From the NCBI RefSeq assembly GCF_006345805.1, contig NC_043008.1:60760001-60824000 (forward strand): DNA of 64,000 nucleotides, given 5' to 3'. The DNA comes from Octopus sinensis. Taxonomy: Eukaryota. The translations under genes and the position numbers were made by a program. Of the stretch, positions 1 through 13,956 are shown in pieces (position 1 is the stretch's first letter; each line of letters begins with the position of its first letter). Below the pieces are notes generated by a model. The model saw only the letters and a list, made by a program, of their open reading frames with translations. It had not been told where the DNA came from and did not search any database.

Positions 1-1585
1 TTCACTAATTTATCTCAACTCTACTACAGTTGCTACACAGGCATCTAATAGGAATTTATAAGACTAGAAAACGCCACTCCAGTCACCATCCCACTTGCGC
101 TCACTTTCTCACGTCATTTTTTGTTTCTTTGCTGAATTATGGCAAACCTTTGTATATATTATGAAACCAGCACATTGCTAACTAATTAATCACCCACCGG
201 TTAACCAATCGTATGATCTCCATCTACACTTAGAGGAATATATGAAAAGATTTCTGGTAAAATTCCTGGTGATGGTTGTTTTCGTTAAATATTTCGAAAT
301 AAATTTTGTAAATGTAGATAATTTCTTATAGTGTGTGTTGTGTGTGGTATGGGATACTACACACTATCATCTGTACAGAATATCACATGGCATCCCGACC
401 GGATATCATGGTATATCTTGTTCAATTTTGAGTGAACCTTCTATCAGTTAGAGTACAAAAAGGCCATTTCAATAGAACGTGCTGTGAAACCTGACTTATA
501 GTTTTATAAAAGGAACCTACACATTGTTCATTATACTCTTTGATATGCTATGTCAGAATGCAAAGTCGATGTATTACATCTAAAATTTCTTTGTTTGCGA
601 AAATACTCACTTATGGCTGTTCTGGGATCGAAACGACAACGGCAGTGATCACATCTTATAACATCTCACCTTCATTATAAGATTGAGATTCTAAATGAGC
701 ACCCAGCTTGCTAGGGATAACAGACAATTCTCCTGTCACCACAATGAGACATAATTCTTTTTACGGAAAAATACTTCATAGAATGTAGCTCAGGTTATGT
801 CAAGCCTGGTGGCAGGGAAGACGGATATCAATGCTTTTCAATATGGCATTATCACCTTCTAGTAAAGGGTAAGGTAATATTATATATATATGGAGATTAA
901 AGATAAAACAGACGGTAGGGTCGATAGATGAATCTTTATGACGTTTCTGGTATTTGACTTTTATTTTGAATATCGACCTTTGAAATGTTTATTTATGTAA
1001 TTATAAGAAACTGTTTGATAGCTACAATTGCAAAAAAAGCAATAAAAATCGACTTCGAAATATGAATGAACAAACAAAACCGAATATATACCACTTAGGC
1101 AAACGGTATTTGCTTATGATAGGGTGGTCCTACGGTAAGTAGGAATTTACATGCGTCAAACTAATAATGAAACTAATACCTGGAACTGGTCTCATATTAA
1201 GTGTACCTTTAAAAAATATGATGGATACGATGAATTGTAGGGAAAGGGCCAGCGAAAATGTGCTTGTTGGCAAAATCTAAGGGTCACTGTTAAAGCTGTG
1301 TGAGAAGTTTAGGTTTTCGTCATAGATATGTACGATCGGGACTGATTTGGATTTAAACATCAAAACCAATTACTACATGAACGCCACCTCAACCACTCTG
1401 CTACTACCAATACTGAAATAGCCAGAAATTCCGTTGTAGCTGTTATTACTACCAGAGCTAACAAGACCACCATACCAAGCGATTTACTAAAACAAAAATT
1501 GTCACATGGACATACCATCTCTGCACTAACATAAATAATGCGGTTATGAATGTTCTGTTGATTTTGATGATTAGCATTATTCGAT

Positions 1586-1682
1586 CACATGTACACTTGC
1601 CCAGGGTGCCACGCGGTGGGGCTGAACTCGGAATCATATTGTTGGGAATCAAGCTTCTTACCACACAGCTACGCCTGCGCCT
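1586..1682 (-). mobile_element. SINE family B, 5' (tRNA-like head) fragment
   Basis: Reverse complement of GGCGCAGGCGTAGCTGTGTGGTAAGAAGCTTG...GGCACCCTGGGCAAGTG; matches the heads of the full B copies, e.g. at 24765. Confidence 0.75.
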
Positions 1683-2379
1683 TAAGAGGCAGCGTACGTT
1701 TCTGTTTATAATTTTATGTGTCATTGACTGTCTACTAAATCAATGTTTAAGCGGTTGTGTATTCTACTGACAGGTGAACTCCTAACGAAATTCCCAAGCT
1801 CTAAGCCGAATCAGCGGGAGACAATATATATCAAGTTCGGATAGTTGAATTACGGGTACCATCTTGCCAGTCAACGAGATTTCACACCATCTCCTGTTAT
1901 GCAATTTCATTAACAAAGCTTAGTGTTCGTCTTGAGACTTTTCTAAATTCACTTCTCTAAAATGTCTCGCAATATCATTGAACCTTAAGCTACATGAGAG
2001 CAATGCAAACTTTTAACCCTCTCGACCATTCGTGAGTCCATATAGACACTTGTGCATTTTATGTAATCTTCGAACATCAGTGATACGTAATGATAGAGAT
2101 ATAACAAGAGAACGGTCCGAGGGGATACTAGCCCCTGAGAGCAGGGGTGAAGATTGTGGGCAAAAGTGCCTTTGCTCCTAGGCGCTCAGAAAACTTACTG
2201 CACCACTGCGCATTGTGAGACAAAGTTCCACTTTGTGTTACACGTATTGCTTCTGTACAATCTTTACCTATTTTTTACAAGGTTTGCAGCGAGTTATGAG
2301 TAAGTTAAAATCCACTTGCACATTGAGATTGAAACCTGGACCTAATTATTGCGAAGACAACTTTTCTGCCAAACTACTC

Positions 2380-3021
2380 TGCCATGAATATGTCTTATTA
2401 TCAACAACCTTATCATCACAACAACTACAGTCACACTATCAACATCACGACAATAATTCCATCATCTCCAACAGAAGAAACACCATCAAAAATATATACC
2501 AACCAACACCGACATTATTGCACCAATACGATCATCATCGCAACACCATCAAAACAATCATAACGCTTATACCATCACATTGTACTACCCTTCCACTTAC
2601 AGTGGCAACACCACCATCACAACAGCAGCTGCAACCACGCTGCTGTTATAAATACTATCACCAATACCATAATAATTTTTATTCAACAGCTACCATCATT
2701 GCCAAAAATTTTAGCAGGCATCGAAGGCGTCGCGTCTCCTCGCAGCGACAAAATATGCTAGAAATAGCAGTCACATATATTTTAATCATTCGCCTGTTAT
2801 CACACTACTGCTACCTACTGTTTAACTACCACTGTCATACTATCGTTTCCACACTGCTACCAATCTTCCATATTACTATCACCAATGAGGGAGACTTTGT
2901 GAATGATTACTCTGCTAAAAATAGACGTCAAGTCGCCCTTAAGTTATACTCCACTGTCTTCAACACACACTCAAAAAAATATATATATATTTATAAAACT
3001 CTGTGTGAGTGTATATATGTG

Positions 3022-3060
<39 letters not shown>

Positions 3061-3400
3061 TAAGAGACGACTCGGATAAGATGTCTTAGGTGCCCTCCCT
3101 GTGCGTATGAAAAAACACAGCTGGAATAGAATGCCTTTGATCATAGGCCGGCTCATTCTGAACTTGCCTGGGGCTAAACTATAAGAACATCAACGTCACC
3201 ATCACAACAACAACAACAACAACAACACCAACTGCATACAAGATCGCTGTTACCAACACCACCGTAAAAATCTACCATTGCCAATATGCTCCCATTTTAA
3301 TTACCACCGTCTTCACCACCGACAACATCACCGCCGCCGCCATTTCAGTAGCGCCATCTGTTACACGGTTTTTGATTACGGAGAGAATCTACTAGAAGCG
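2380..3400. repeat. Degenerate (CAA/CAC/CAT)n low-complexity tract with (GT)n/(GA)n
   Basis: Visible decayed trinucleotide runs; accounts for ORF 2215-3045. Confidence 0.75.
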
Positions 3401-3849
3401 ATCTGTTGATTGCTACTAACGAAATAACGGTCGTGGTTGATATAGAATTAAGCATGGAACCAACATGCGAAATAGCTCTGCCTCGTTGCCCTGTACGCGT
3501 GTGTGTATGTATGGTGCATGCGCATACGTATGTATGTGCATATACACGCGCGTGTATCCTCGTGTATGTTTGTATGAATGTACGAACGTATGTTTATTTG
3601 GTCTGGTAGTGTAAAGACGGCTTAGACAGGAGGGGAAGAGATATAGAGATTATATATCAACTTATGTATGTGTGAGCGTATATATGCTTTTTGTAGTTGC
3701 GTGTGTATACGCACCGTGTGTGCATATATGTGTGTATATGTTTGTGCACAATTGTATATATAAGTAAACAGTAAAAGCAAAAGAGCGTATATTTGTGTAT
3801 TAGCGCAAATGTATATGAATATACATGTACGTATAAACATCGTATGGTG

Positions 3850-3898
<49 letters not shown>

Positions 3899-3999
3899 TT
3901 TATTCAAAGCAGCAGAAAATTAAGAATAAAGCATATTACTCTACCACTGGTATTTGGTACTCTTTTTTCCACCTTGTTTCACATTCATGTGTTTACTCC

Positions 4000-4055
<56 letters not shown>

Positions 4056-4511
4056 TATATATATGAGTAAATATAAAAAAAGGGCAAGAGAGATATACAT
4101 GTGTGTTTGTGTTTGTGTGTGTATGAATCACTATGTATGTATACGCGAGTGTGGTTATGCGTATCGGCGTTTCTGTGTGCATGCGTAAAAAAGAGAGTGA
4201 GAGAAAGAAGAAGGGAAGAAAGCAGAGAGAAATTCGTGCGTGCATGTCTGTGTATACGATGTACATGTGTGTGTGTTTGTTTTTGAAAGTATGAGTGTGT
4301 ATGCCTCCATGTGTGTGTAAGTGTTTGATTGTGCGTAAGAATGCATCCGGGAATATGTGCCTGAGTGGGTCTGGTACATGTGTACGAGTCTGTGCTTTTT
4401 TCTTTTATTGTGTGTGTGTGTGTGTGTGCTTCTATGCATGTGTATGTGTGAGTTTACGTAACACGAAACCTAAATTTGCAACAGAAGTGCATACACAGAT
4501 ACATTCCCACA

Positions 4512-4567
<56 letters not shown>

Positions 4568-4803
4568 ATATTAGCCAACTGAATATGGCTGGCTAATATC
4601 AGTTGGCTTATATCCCTTATATTATGGAGCAGTCACTGTCTATATCTCATTTAGAGAATTATTATTGCTATATATATATATATATATTATATATATATAT
4701 ATATAGATAGATAGATAAGTATACATGTGCATATACACATATCCGTATATGTGTAGATGTGTCTATGTGAGAATGCTTGTGTGTGTGTGTATATATATGT
4801 ATA

Positions 4804-4845
<42 letters not shown>

Positions 4846-5116
4846 ATATATATATGAAATTGTTTTTGGAAATTGTGAATCTCGAAGCACAGATAAGGCT
4901 ATAAATAACAGTATGTAAATATAGAATCGAAAAGCCCTTTTGGATAGAATCAAAATCCACAATGCCAATGCCAAGAACACAAAGAATTATTTCGTGTTCT
5001 TTCGAAGCTCTATAAAATTCTTGTCAAACATAACTACATATATACGTTTGTGTATGTAAACTTATGCATAGCTATATGTGCGGCGTAGATACATATGCTT
5101 ATATATATATACACAT

Positions 5117-5214
5117 CTTCCCTTCTTTCCTGAGCGTCAATAATACTTTAATTGTTCCACGTCCTCGCGTTGCTGTGTTTTTTTCTCTTTTTTTCTGTGT
5201 TTTCTTGTTTGGAT

Positions 5215-5220
<6 letters not shown>
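5117..5220 (+). mobile_element. Family F (Penelope-like terminal repeat) 3' fragment in (TA)n
   Basis: Near-identical to the reverse complement of ~35693-35805; flanked by (TA)n; lacks the HHR part. Confidence 0.7.
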
Positions 5221-5262
<42 letters not shown>

Positions 5263-5424
5263 TACATGCTCCCAGTATACGCATGCGTCTGTCTCAGAGT
5301 GTATGTATGTATGTATGTGTTTGTGTAAATGTGTTGGTATGTGTGTTGTGTGTGTAGGAATATATTGAGGATTTCATATACACTGTACATATTTTACATT
5401 TATGCAATACAAGTCAACAAATAG

Positions 5425-5426
<2 letters not shown>

Positions 5427-5512
<86 letters not shown>
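5427..5512. repeat. (GT)43 microsatellite
   Basis: Uninterrupted GT run. Confidence 0.95.
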
Positions 5513-5515
<3 letters not shown>

Positions 5516-5861
5516 CGTGTGTGTGAGTTTGTCAAGCAAGGCAGCTGCGTGAGCTTGTCAGCCGAGGCGATGAAGGGAAAAAACGTATATGGAAAGAAGC
5601 CGGGTGAATTGTCGAAGAACAGACGAGAGAAGTAGCTGAGATCGAAATCGCGATAGCTTGATACGTACAGGAACCAGAAATGATCACGTTAAACCAAAAC
5701 GGTAATATCCCTGCTGTTGTTGGTTATTGATAACAACGGGGATGATTCTGTGATAGTAGCGATAGCTAAACGCATATATTTACTTCAAGTCATTAAATGA
5801 GTTCACTTCATGGCACTGTATGTGTGTGTATGTGTTTATGTGTGTGCACATATGTAAGTAC

Positions 5862-5949
<88 letters not shown>

Positions 5950-6547
5950 GTGTGTGTATATATATATATATGTGTGTGTATATATATATATATGTATATA
6001 TATATCATTCCAAGTACTAGCTGTGAAAGTGGGAGCCACCCGTACAGTCACTATACTAAACATATAGCGTCTCCTGCTATTACAACTCAGCGAGGGGTTC
6101 TTAGTTGCTGCTACGTACGCTAGAAACAACAGTCAGAATAAACTTTAAATCGCACTCCCTACAGTTACGAAATGTTTTTTTTTTTTTTTTTTTGTTTAAT
6201 TGTCTTAATCTTTAGAGAAAAGAAATAAACGGGAGAAAATAATACGTTAGACATACAAGTCAGGATGACACAGAACAGTCTTGATTCCGCATCTGCTCAA
6301 TCAGAGCTGACCAACTTTGGGTTAAACCACTACCGTTATGAATCAACCGAAACAATAACAATTTCTATCAGAGTAAATAGGCGAGTAATATTTCATAGGG
6401 CGTGGGTGAAGAACAGTCGATTATATATTAATATCGACTATGGTGGTATGATGGTCCGTTATTTTATCGACCCTAGCATGATGAAAGACCTCAACAATGA
6501 TAATAAAAACGGGTATTACACACACTCTCTCTCCCGCTTCCTTACTG

Positions 6548-6598
<51 letters not shown>

Positions 6599-6690
6599 GT
6601 ATATATATATTTATTCATTTTCTAGTTCTGAGATTAACAAAATTATTTAAACGAAGCATTTTGTATGTGTTTTGATATATTTTATAAACA

Positions 6691-6835
6691 TAAGACGACG
6701 GGATGGCAGAATCGTTAAGCACGCCGGGCAAAATGCTCAACCGCATTCCGTCCGTCTCTCCGTTCTGAATTCAAATGCCGCTGAGGTCGACTTTGAATTT
6801 CAGCCTTGCTGGCCTTGTGACAAAATTTGAAAGCA
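6691..6835 (+). mobile_element. SINE family A, degenerate
   Basis: A-box-like TGGCAGAATCGTTAAGC and B-box-like GAATTCAAATGCC, followed by GAGGTCGACTTTG. Confidence 0.75.
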
Positions 6836-6894
6836 ATATATTTTATGATCATACTTTCTCTGTGTACGCACATATAAATACATGCATATATATA

Positions 6895-7207
6895 TATCAC
6901 CGTGATCCCCGTGACCGACCAGGCTATCAGATGTTGCTACACATCGCTGCTCACAATGCGCTTCACATTGTTTTAGCCTTCAAATGACGCCACCCCGCTG
7001 GCTAAGCGAGCAGGCCTACAGAAGAAAGAGTGAGAGAAAGGTGTGGCGAAAGAGTACAGCAGGGATCGCCACCACCCCCTGCCGGAGCCTCGTGGAGCTT
7101 TTGGGTGTTTTCACTCAATAAACACTCACAACGCCCGGTCTGGGAATCGAAACCGCGATCCTACGACTGCAAGTCCGCTGTCCTAACCACTGGGCCATTG
7201 CGCCTCC
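6895..7207 (-). mobile_element. SINE family C (tRNA-derived head) with tail type 1
   Basis: Head GGAGGCGCAATGGCCCAGTGGTTAGG...GGTTTCGATTCCCAGACC; colinear with 48547-48842. Confidence 0.9.
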
Positions 7208-7590
7208 ACACACACATATATATGTGTGTGTGTGTGTGTGTATGCGTAGAATGGTTGAAAGGTTAAAAAGTTCGTTCATAATCACGAGGGTACAGTTTCC
7301 ATTTCGCTTCGGACAAAGTTGGTCAAGGGTTGACCAACTAAAATCTGTTTCATGGGACCTATATGGAAATCTGGCGGATGGACAGTAACTACAATTGAAC
7401 CGACTTAGCCTTGTCAGAAAGTGTTACTACCGTATACTTATGGGAATTATATTAAGAATACGCGTGTCTGTGGAATACTCAGCCAACTGCTCACTACTTT
7501 AATGACATTTGCAGTTCAGTTGATGGAAAGAGTAACTTAATAATCATAATCGAAAATATAGAGCTCTCAAAGTGAGGGGGAGAGAAAGAC

Positions 7591-7635
<45 letters not shown>

Positions 7636-7638
<3 letters not shown>

Positions 7639-7955
7639 GCAGGTGTAGCTGTGGTGCAGGAAGCTTGCTTTCCAACAACATGATTCTTGTTTCAGTTCCA
7701 TTGCCTGGCACCTTGGGAAAGTATCTTCAAATATAGACACGGGTCGACCAAAGCCCTGTGAGTGGATTTGATCGAAAAAATTCTTACAGAACACTGTTGT
7801 GTATGTCTTTGTATGTATGTATGTATGTATGTGTGTGTCTTTGTGTGTTTGTTCTATCACCACCACGGCCGCTTGACAAGCAGTGTTTGTTGACGTTGCC
7901 GGGACAGAGTGGTTCGACAAATAAGACCGATAGAATACGTGTAAGGCTTGCTTTA
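7636..7955 (+). mobile_element. SINE family B, old copy
   Basis: Degenerate match to B head, GGCACCTTGGGAAAGTATCTTC, CCAAAGCCCTGTGAGTGGATTTG and the 3' body. Confidence 0.75.
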
Positions 7956-9114
7956 AAGTAAAAACTTTAGCCTCTGAGGTGGAACTGTTGCTGTCATTTC
8001 TAGCAAGTCGATCCACTTCATAGAGGGGTTGATTTCCTCGGTTAAACCCTTCTAGACGGTGTTTAAGCATGGCTGATTAAAACATATACGTGTGTGTGTG
8101 TGTGTGTGTGTGTTGGGCTCTGAAATCCTTAGAGGAAGTTCTAAGAAAGCCGTTACGCCACACGGTAGGCTTGTGCATTTTTTTATACTTGGTTGACTCC
8201 ATACCTCACTCTACCTGACTATTAAGCAATACTTTCGAAAGAGACACAGAAATAATTGTGAGGTTGAAAGAACTGACCCCAGTGTAGCACTGGGTCATTA
8301 TTTATCGACACGCAAAATGAAAAAGCAACGTTGATGCTGGCTGAATTTGATTTCAGAGAGCAGAGTACTGTAACGATAATGCATTAGATCTAATATATAT
8401 GTGTATGACTGTCTCTGTTAGCTTGTCTGTGTGTGTGCATATGTGTGTGTGTGTGTGTGCACGTCAGTGTGTGCGTGTGCATGGATGTGTGTGTACGTGT
8501 GTGTTTATGTGTGTGTGTTTGTGTGCGCGTGTATGTGTCTGATGGATTTGCAGAACCGACATTTTGTGTTTTCTGTTGAAAGACAACCGAGGTCAACTTC
8601 ACAAACATTTAACTGTCTGATACGAAAATGATGGATGCAGCATGACAGAATGACTAAAATCTTCATTTAGGTATCACGAGGTCTTGCGTTCCATCCCACT
8701 ATATGGAAATATGGGTCAGTGCCTATCACCATAGTTCCTGTCTGACCAGTGTCTCGTGTGTGAAACTGGGCAAGAAGAAAGTTTCTCGAAGCACTCCGGA
8801 TGCAGTGTACCTGTAATATCATTAACTCCACCTACCGCTTGCATGTAGCTCTATAATGGCTTACCTTAAGCTAAGCAACTCCGACACCAAGAGAAATTTC
8901 CAAATGATGTTCAATATGTATTCCTGTGTTCGTTCCCCCGAAATAATTCATTAATATTTGTAATAGAGAAGCTATAATGGTGCCTTGACATGCTCATTAT
9001 GCTTGCTAGAAATATTCGTCAAATTGTTAAGTTCCATAGTTTAGTGGTCTCATCTAAATTCAAAGTGGGACACAAAAAGCGGCCAATAAATAGCATAAGG
9101 TATCTGTTACAGCT

Positions 9115-9284
9115 CTCTACTGACTTGGTACAACTCTCCGTTTATGTTGCTATATCATCTTATATACACTGATAATAGTTTGACATTAGTCTCTACTGAT
9201 TTGGTACAACTCTCCGTTAACGTTGCTACATCATCTTATATATACCAATAATAGTTTGACATTAGTCTTTACTGATTTGGTATA
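9115..9284. repeat. 76-bp tandem repeat, ~2.3 units
   Basis: Units start at 9115, 9191 and 9267 (CTCTACTGA[C/T]TTGGTACAACTCTCCG...GTTTGACATTAGT). Confidence 0.9.
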
Positions 9285-10199
9285 ATTTCTTTACTGCGTT
9301 TGTTCATTTCTTCTCATGAAAGATAAGGATGCGGTACAACTCTGTATTGATTTGGTACGGTTCTAACTTAATGCTGGACTTTCATTTAACGTATAACAGT
9401 AATGCTTTCTAAAATAATCACATATAATTTTGTGTAGTGACACAATGGATTATATCGAAATCCCTACCTCACTAACAATTAACTTTATTAACTCCTGAAA
9501 GGTGACAGAAAACCTCAGCACCAATCGCGTCTAGAAAGTTATGGACTTAATGTTAGGCAATAATTCATTTGGCATTCTATCGATTCTGCTCAACTAAGTA
9601 TATTTCTAACACCTCACAGTGTTAGAACAAGGATTTATTCGATTACACCAAACCCCAGCAAGTGACAGATATCGTCTCTGTCGGATTCACAGGGAGGAAA
9701 AGTCGAAATCAACCGACGTCGATTGAGAAACGTAAAGAATTCAGATTACAGCGGAAGACAAATTCTGTCCGGCGCTCTACGTACTAAATTTTCCCATCCA
9801 TTGAAAGTAATGTAAAAAGGAAAATGCTACTTTTTAAATATTTTTATTTATCTATGTATTTTACTGGATACGTCTGCGGGAGGACAGTTTTTGTGGCTTC
9901 GCAATTACCCTCAAAATAGGGTGAGATTGATGACAACACCTAAGGGAAATACAAAAATGGAAAAAAGTTCTAGACAGTAAACGTTCTGAATAACGACTGG
10001 GTGTATAATTAGTGTGGAGACTGAGGTACTGGGTACAAGAAGGATGAAGAAAAGAGGATGTTTGTTGGAGACACTTGAGTGACGGAAGCGCAAGAACATC
10101 CATTGTAGCAGTGGTGAAAATGGCGGAGAGAGGAGACCGGATGCTTATAAAACAGAGGTTGGATCTGTGAGTGACTTTCTTTCAAACACTCACGTGCTT

Positions 10200-10480
10200 A
10201 TTGGATAGTGTATTCGGCTCAAAATCGTACAGTCGTGAGTTCGATTTAAGGCGGCACATTGAAGCCTTGAGCAAGACACTTTATTTCACGTTGCTTCAGT
10301 CCACTCAGCTGGTAAGAATAAGTTGCACCTGCAGCTCAAAAGACGCCGCATTCAGTGGGTCATGCTGAATATCTCTGAGGTGTCTTTGGAGTGCTCCTCC
10401 TCTTGCACGTTAATTTCATGAGTTGGCTAGTCCATTGATGAGATCAACTGGAACACTCTTCACGAAACTGACGGAGTAGC
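10200..10480 (+). mobile_element. SINE family D-type head with tail type 2, degenerate
   Basis: CCTTGAGCAAGACACTTTATTTCACGTTGCTTCAGTCCACTCAGCTG shared with 55772; tail ...AACTGACGGAGT shared with 57236. Confidence 0.7.
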
Positions 10481-11368
10481 TGGCCACCATACCCTCGGGT
10501 ACCGGTTTTTCAGATGCGGTCTAGGATGTCTCTCTTCCAACAACAGCACCGTCCCACATGTGGGATACCTACTCCATTTTGTTACTCGCTAAGTATATCA
10601 GACATATATCAATGAAATCACATCCCTGCCATTGCGAAAAAATGTTTAACCATGATAACACTGTCATATATATGAATTCTTTACATTTCTGAGATCGTTG
10701 CCGTGTCATAGTGCTAGTTTGGTATAAATTTGTTAAATTAAAAATTTGGGGTAATGAATCATACAATGACATTAAAAAGACGAATTAAAATTCCAGAGAA
10801 AAATACATAGAAGATCAATATACAAATTTACAAAAATACATAAAAGAGATGTACCAATTAATATGAAACATATCATATACTTAAAATTGACACTCCCCTC
10901 GTCAGGATGTTGTTTACACACAACACATAGTACACGGAAACAAGTGCACGATTACATACCTGTTACATGCAAAAGACCAGACATTACGTACTCCCCAAAT
11001 TCTCATGGATACTGAATGCTACTTTATAAGCATATAATTCAATCTAGCAGCTATAGTAAATGGTATGCGCACAGCTCCATCTGGACTAATTCACTTCTTC
11101 ACTCAATTAAATTTTTCATCGTTTAATTTCTCCCATTCATGCAAAGCCACATATTCGAGTTCAAGTCCTAATTGCTATTTTTTTCTTTTAATTGTTATAT
11201 TACGATTTAATTACCATACTTTAGTTTTATTTTAATTATTACTTACTATATTTAATTCAATTGTTATTATTACCTCTAACATTTATTGCAATTTTTATTT
11301 CTAAATTTCTTATGGAACGTCGAGTGGATCTTATGCGTACAATATATTTTTTATATGATGTTTATATT

Positions 11369-11768
11369 TACTCTTTTACTTGTTTCAGTCATTTGACTGC
11401 GGCCATGCTGGAGCACCACCTTTAGTCGAGCAAATCGACCCCGGGACTTATTCTTTGTAAGCCCAGTACTTATTCTATCTGTCTCTTTTTGCCGAACCGC
11501 TAAGTGACGGGGACGTAAACACACCAGCATCGGTTGTCAAGCAATGCTAGAGGGACAAACACAGACACACAAACACACACACACATATATATATATACAT
11601 ATATGCGACAGGCTTCTTTCGGTTTCCGTCTACCAAATCCACTCACATGGCATTGGTCGGCCCGGGGCTATAGCAGAAGACACTTGCCCAAGGTACCACG
11701 CAGTGGGACTGAACCCAGAACCATGTGGTTGGTTAGCAAGCTACTTACCACACAGCCACTCCTGCGCC
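11369..11768 (-). mobile_element. SINE family B, full length, young
   Basis: Complete head, central (TA/TG)n, body, and (GTAAAAGA)-type tail. Confidence 0.93.
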
Positions 11769-12121
11769 TATTTATATAATTATATATTACTATATATTTC
11801 TAAACGTCGGGCTTTATGTCTGTTCTGTAGCTATAAATGAATATATGAATACATGTATGTGTTTGATATTTCTGTGGATTTTGTAGTGATCTTGTAGTTG
11901 CTGCTCGCATTGCCTCCCCTCGGATTAAAAAGTGTATACAGCTCATTTGAGCAATACTATTCCAGTCTGTTATATATTTTGAGCGTTGTTGTCACTAACG
12001 ATCTCAAGATATAACTTTATATTTTGTAATATATATATATATATATATATATACACTCACATCCATATACATACAATAGAGAGATGTTTTTGTTTCACTT
12101 TTAACACGTAATACTGAAATA

Positions 12122-12455
12122 GTGGAAAAGATATGATATTGCTGTGGGCTCGCTCTAGGCAAGAAGTGAAACATTTTTTTTTGGCCGATGACACTACATG
12201 GACCCTAAATAAGGCATGTGTAAATTTTGAATGAAATTGGTTGTGTAGTTCTCAAGTTTTAGGGAATCATGGTGGAGAAGATATGATGTTGTTGGGGCTC
12301 GCCCAGGCAAAAAGTTAAAAATTGTTTTACCGAAGACGCTCCCCGGACCCTAAGTTAAGCATGTGTAAAATTTGAATGAAATTGTTTGTGTAGTTCTCAA
12401 GTCTTAGGGAAACACACAGACAGACGGACATTCTCAGTTTTATATAGAGAGAGAT
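12122..12455 (+). mobile_element. Non-autonomous Helitron-like element with 150-bp internal tandem duplication
   Basis: Units at 12122 and 12272; ends AAATTTGAATGAAATTG...GTAGTTCTCAAG...ACACACAGACAGACGGACATTCTCAGTTTTATATAGAGAGAT, a 3' layout recalled from invertebrate non-autonomous Helitron/HINE-like repeats. Confidence 0.5.
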
Positions 12456-13956
12456 AAAGGAATTCTTATACAGGAGTATTGTCCACAGGTTATTGTAGTC
12501 TAAACCCCAGTCAAATTTAATCGAGCCAAACAATAATTAAAGTCTTTGAAACTGTGACAATCCCGGTTGTTTTCCCTTGTGCAAGGAAGTGCGATCCATA
12601 ATAGCCAACGTGTGCTTTTTGTAGGAGAATTATTTCGCTGCCATTCATAACAAGTTGATTGCCCACGCAGAGGCGGCCATATTTAGATTGAAGAGTGTAG
12701 TCGAGTAAAACTACCACCACCACCAGCGCCGCCGCCACCAGCGCCGCCGCCGCCGCCGCCACCTCCATCACCAGTACTTTATTAGCTGCACATGTCTTTC
12801 GTTTATTGTTCTTCTTGTCTCTGGAATTTACACTTGGAAGGACTCGAAATCAGAACTGGAATGCAAAAACTACGTAGAAGAATGCACCTTTTTCGGCGCT
12901 CTTCCCATTCCGTTGATTATCTTTTTTTTTGGCGTTATCCCTTTAAGTGTGGCCCAATTCTAGAGAAAGAGGGCTAGGAAGAGAAGTTTGTGTGAAAGAG
13001 TTATAAGATAAGTTTGTGCTTATGTGTTGTATTGGCATTGCTGTAGAATATTTAGAGAAAGTTGAGAAGTATTGGGTAGAGTAGGCCAAATGATACGTCG
13101 TTTAACTGTTGCTGTAACCTCCACCAGTTGACTGGGATTCATGATCCACAATACTGTGCCAATCTAGCCCTTGTTGGTATAGAACGTAAATCAATCGAAC
13201 CGACCCAGTATTTGGCTGGAAATTTATTATATCGAGCATTAGTGGCGATTTGAACTCAGAACGTAAAGAGCCGGAACAAATATTTCAAGTCATTTCTTCC
13301 AATCAACCGTCGTAGATTTGGATAATGCTAATAAGAATGAAGATTCTGAAGCAAAAGATGTTATAACGTTCTGTATGAAAAGGGATTATTTCTCAAATGA
13401 CTCCGTTATTTGGGGGGGGGGGCAGTATGTTATTTGTAGATGACGGGAAAAGTGGAATAAAAACTACAAAAAAATTAAAGGAAAGAAAAAAGAAAATGAG
13501 TTCGATAGGATTCGAACGCAAATTTAAGTGACTAAACATTGTATCTTGAATTGACTGATGATGTAACGAAGCTGATGCTCTATTCTGATCAGAGTGTATT
13601 GCTACGACTTAGAAAAACAATATTGTACGCATGCTCTTTATGTATACGTTGGCAATTTAGTGAAAAACTCTCTTGAAACTTATTGAAATACATAATGATA
13701 ATCGTAAGACACGACAAAAATAGCCACAGCAATAAGTATAAAAGATGCGAACAACAGCAACAACAATATGCGGTGAGGAACTCAAGATAGGAGAAAGGGA
13801 TACTTTGACAACAAACAGTTCCCTACTCCTACAGAACTAATCTCTATGAAGTGGATCGACCTGCTAGAAATGGCAGCAAAATTTCCAACTTAGAGGCTAA
13901 AGTTTTGATTAAAAGCTAAAAGGAAGAATACATTGGATAGGGTAATTCATACAAAA

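Noticed and set aside
1850-2208. Possible hAT transposase relic and CAGTG...CCACTG ends
   Set aside because: Very weak similarity and no 8-bp TSD.
2215-3045. 276-aa ORF
   Set aside because: Low-complexity trinucleotide and dinucleotide sequence; no recognisable domain.
9115-9284. CRISPR-like array
   Set aside because: Whole units are repeated with no unique spacers; eukaryotic context and no cas genes.
9861-10170. ORFs on both strands with protein-like composition
   Set aside because: No recognisable motif; the plus frame has many stops. It may be a decayed LINE but cannot be supported.
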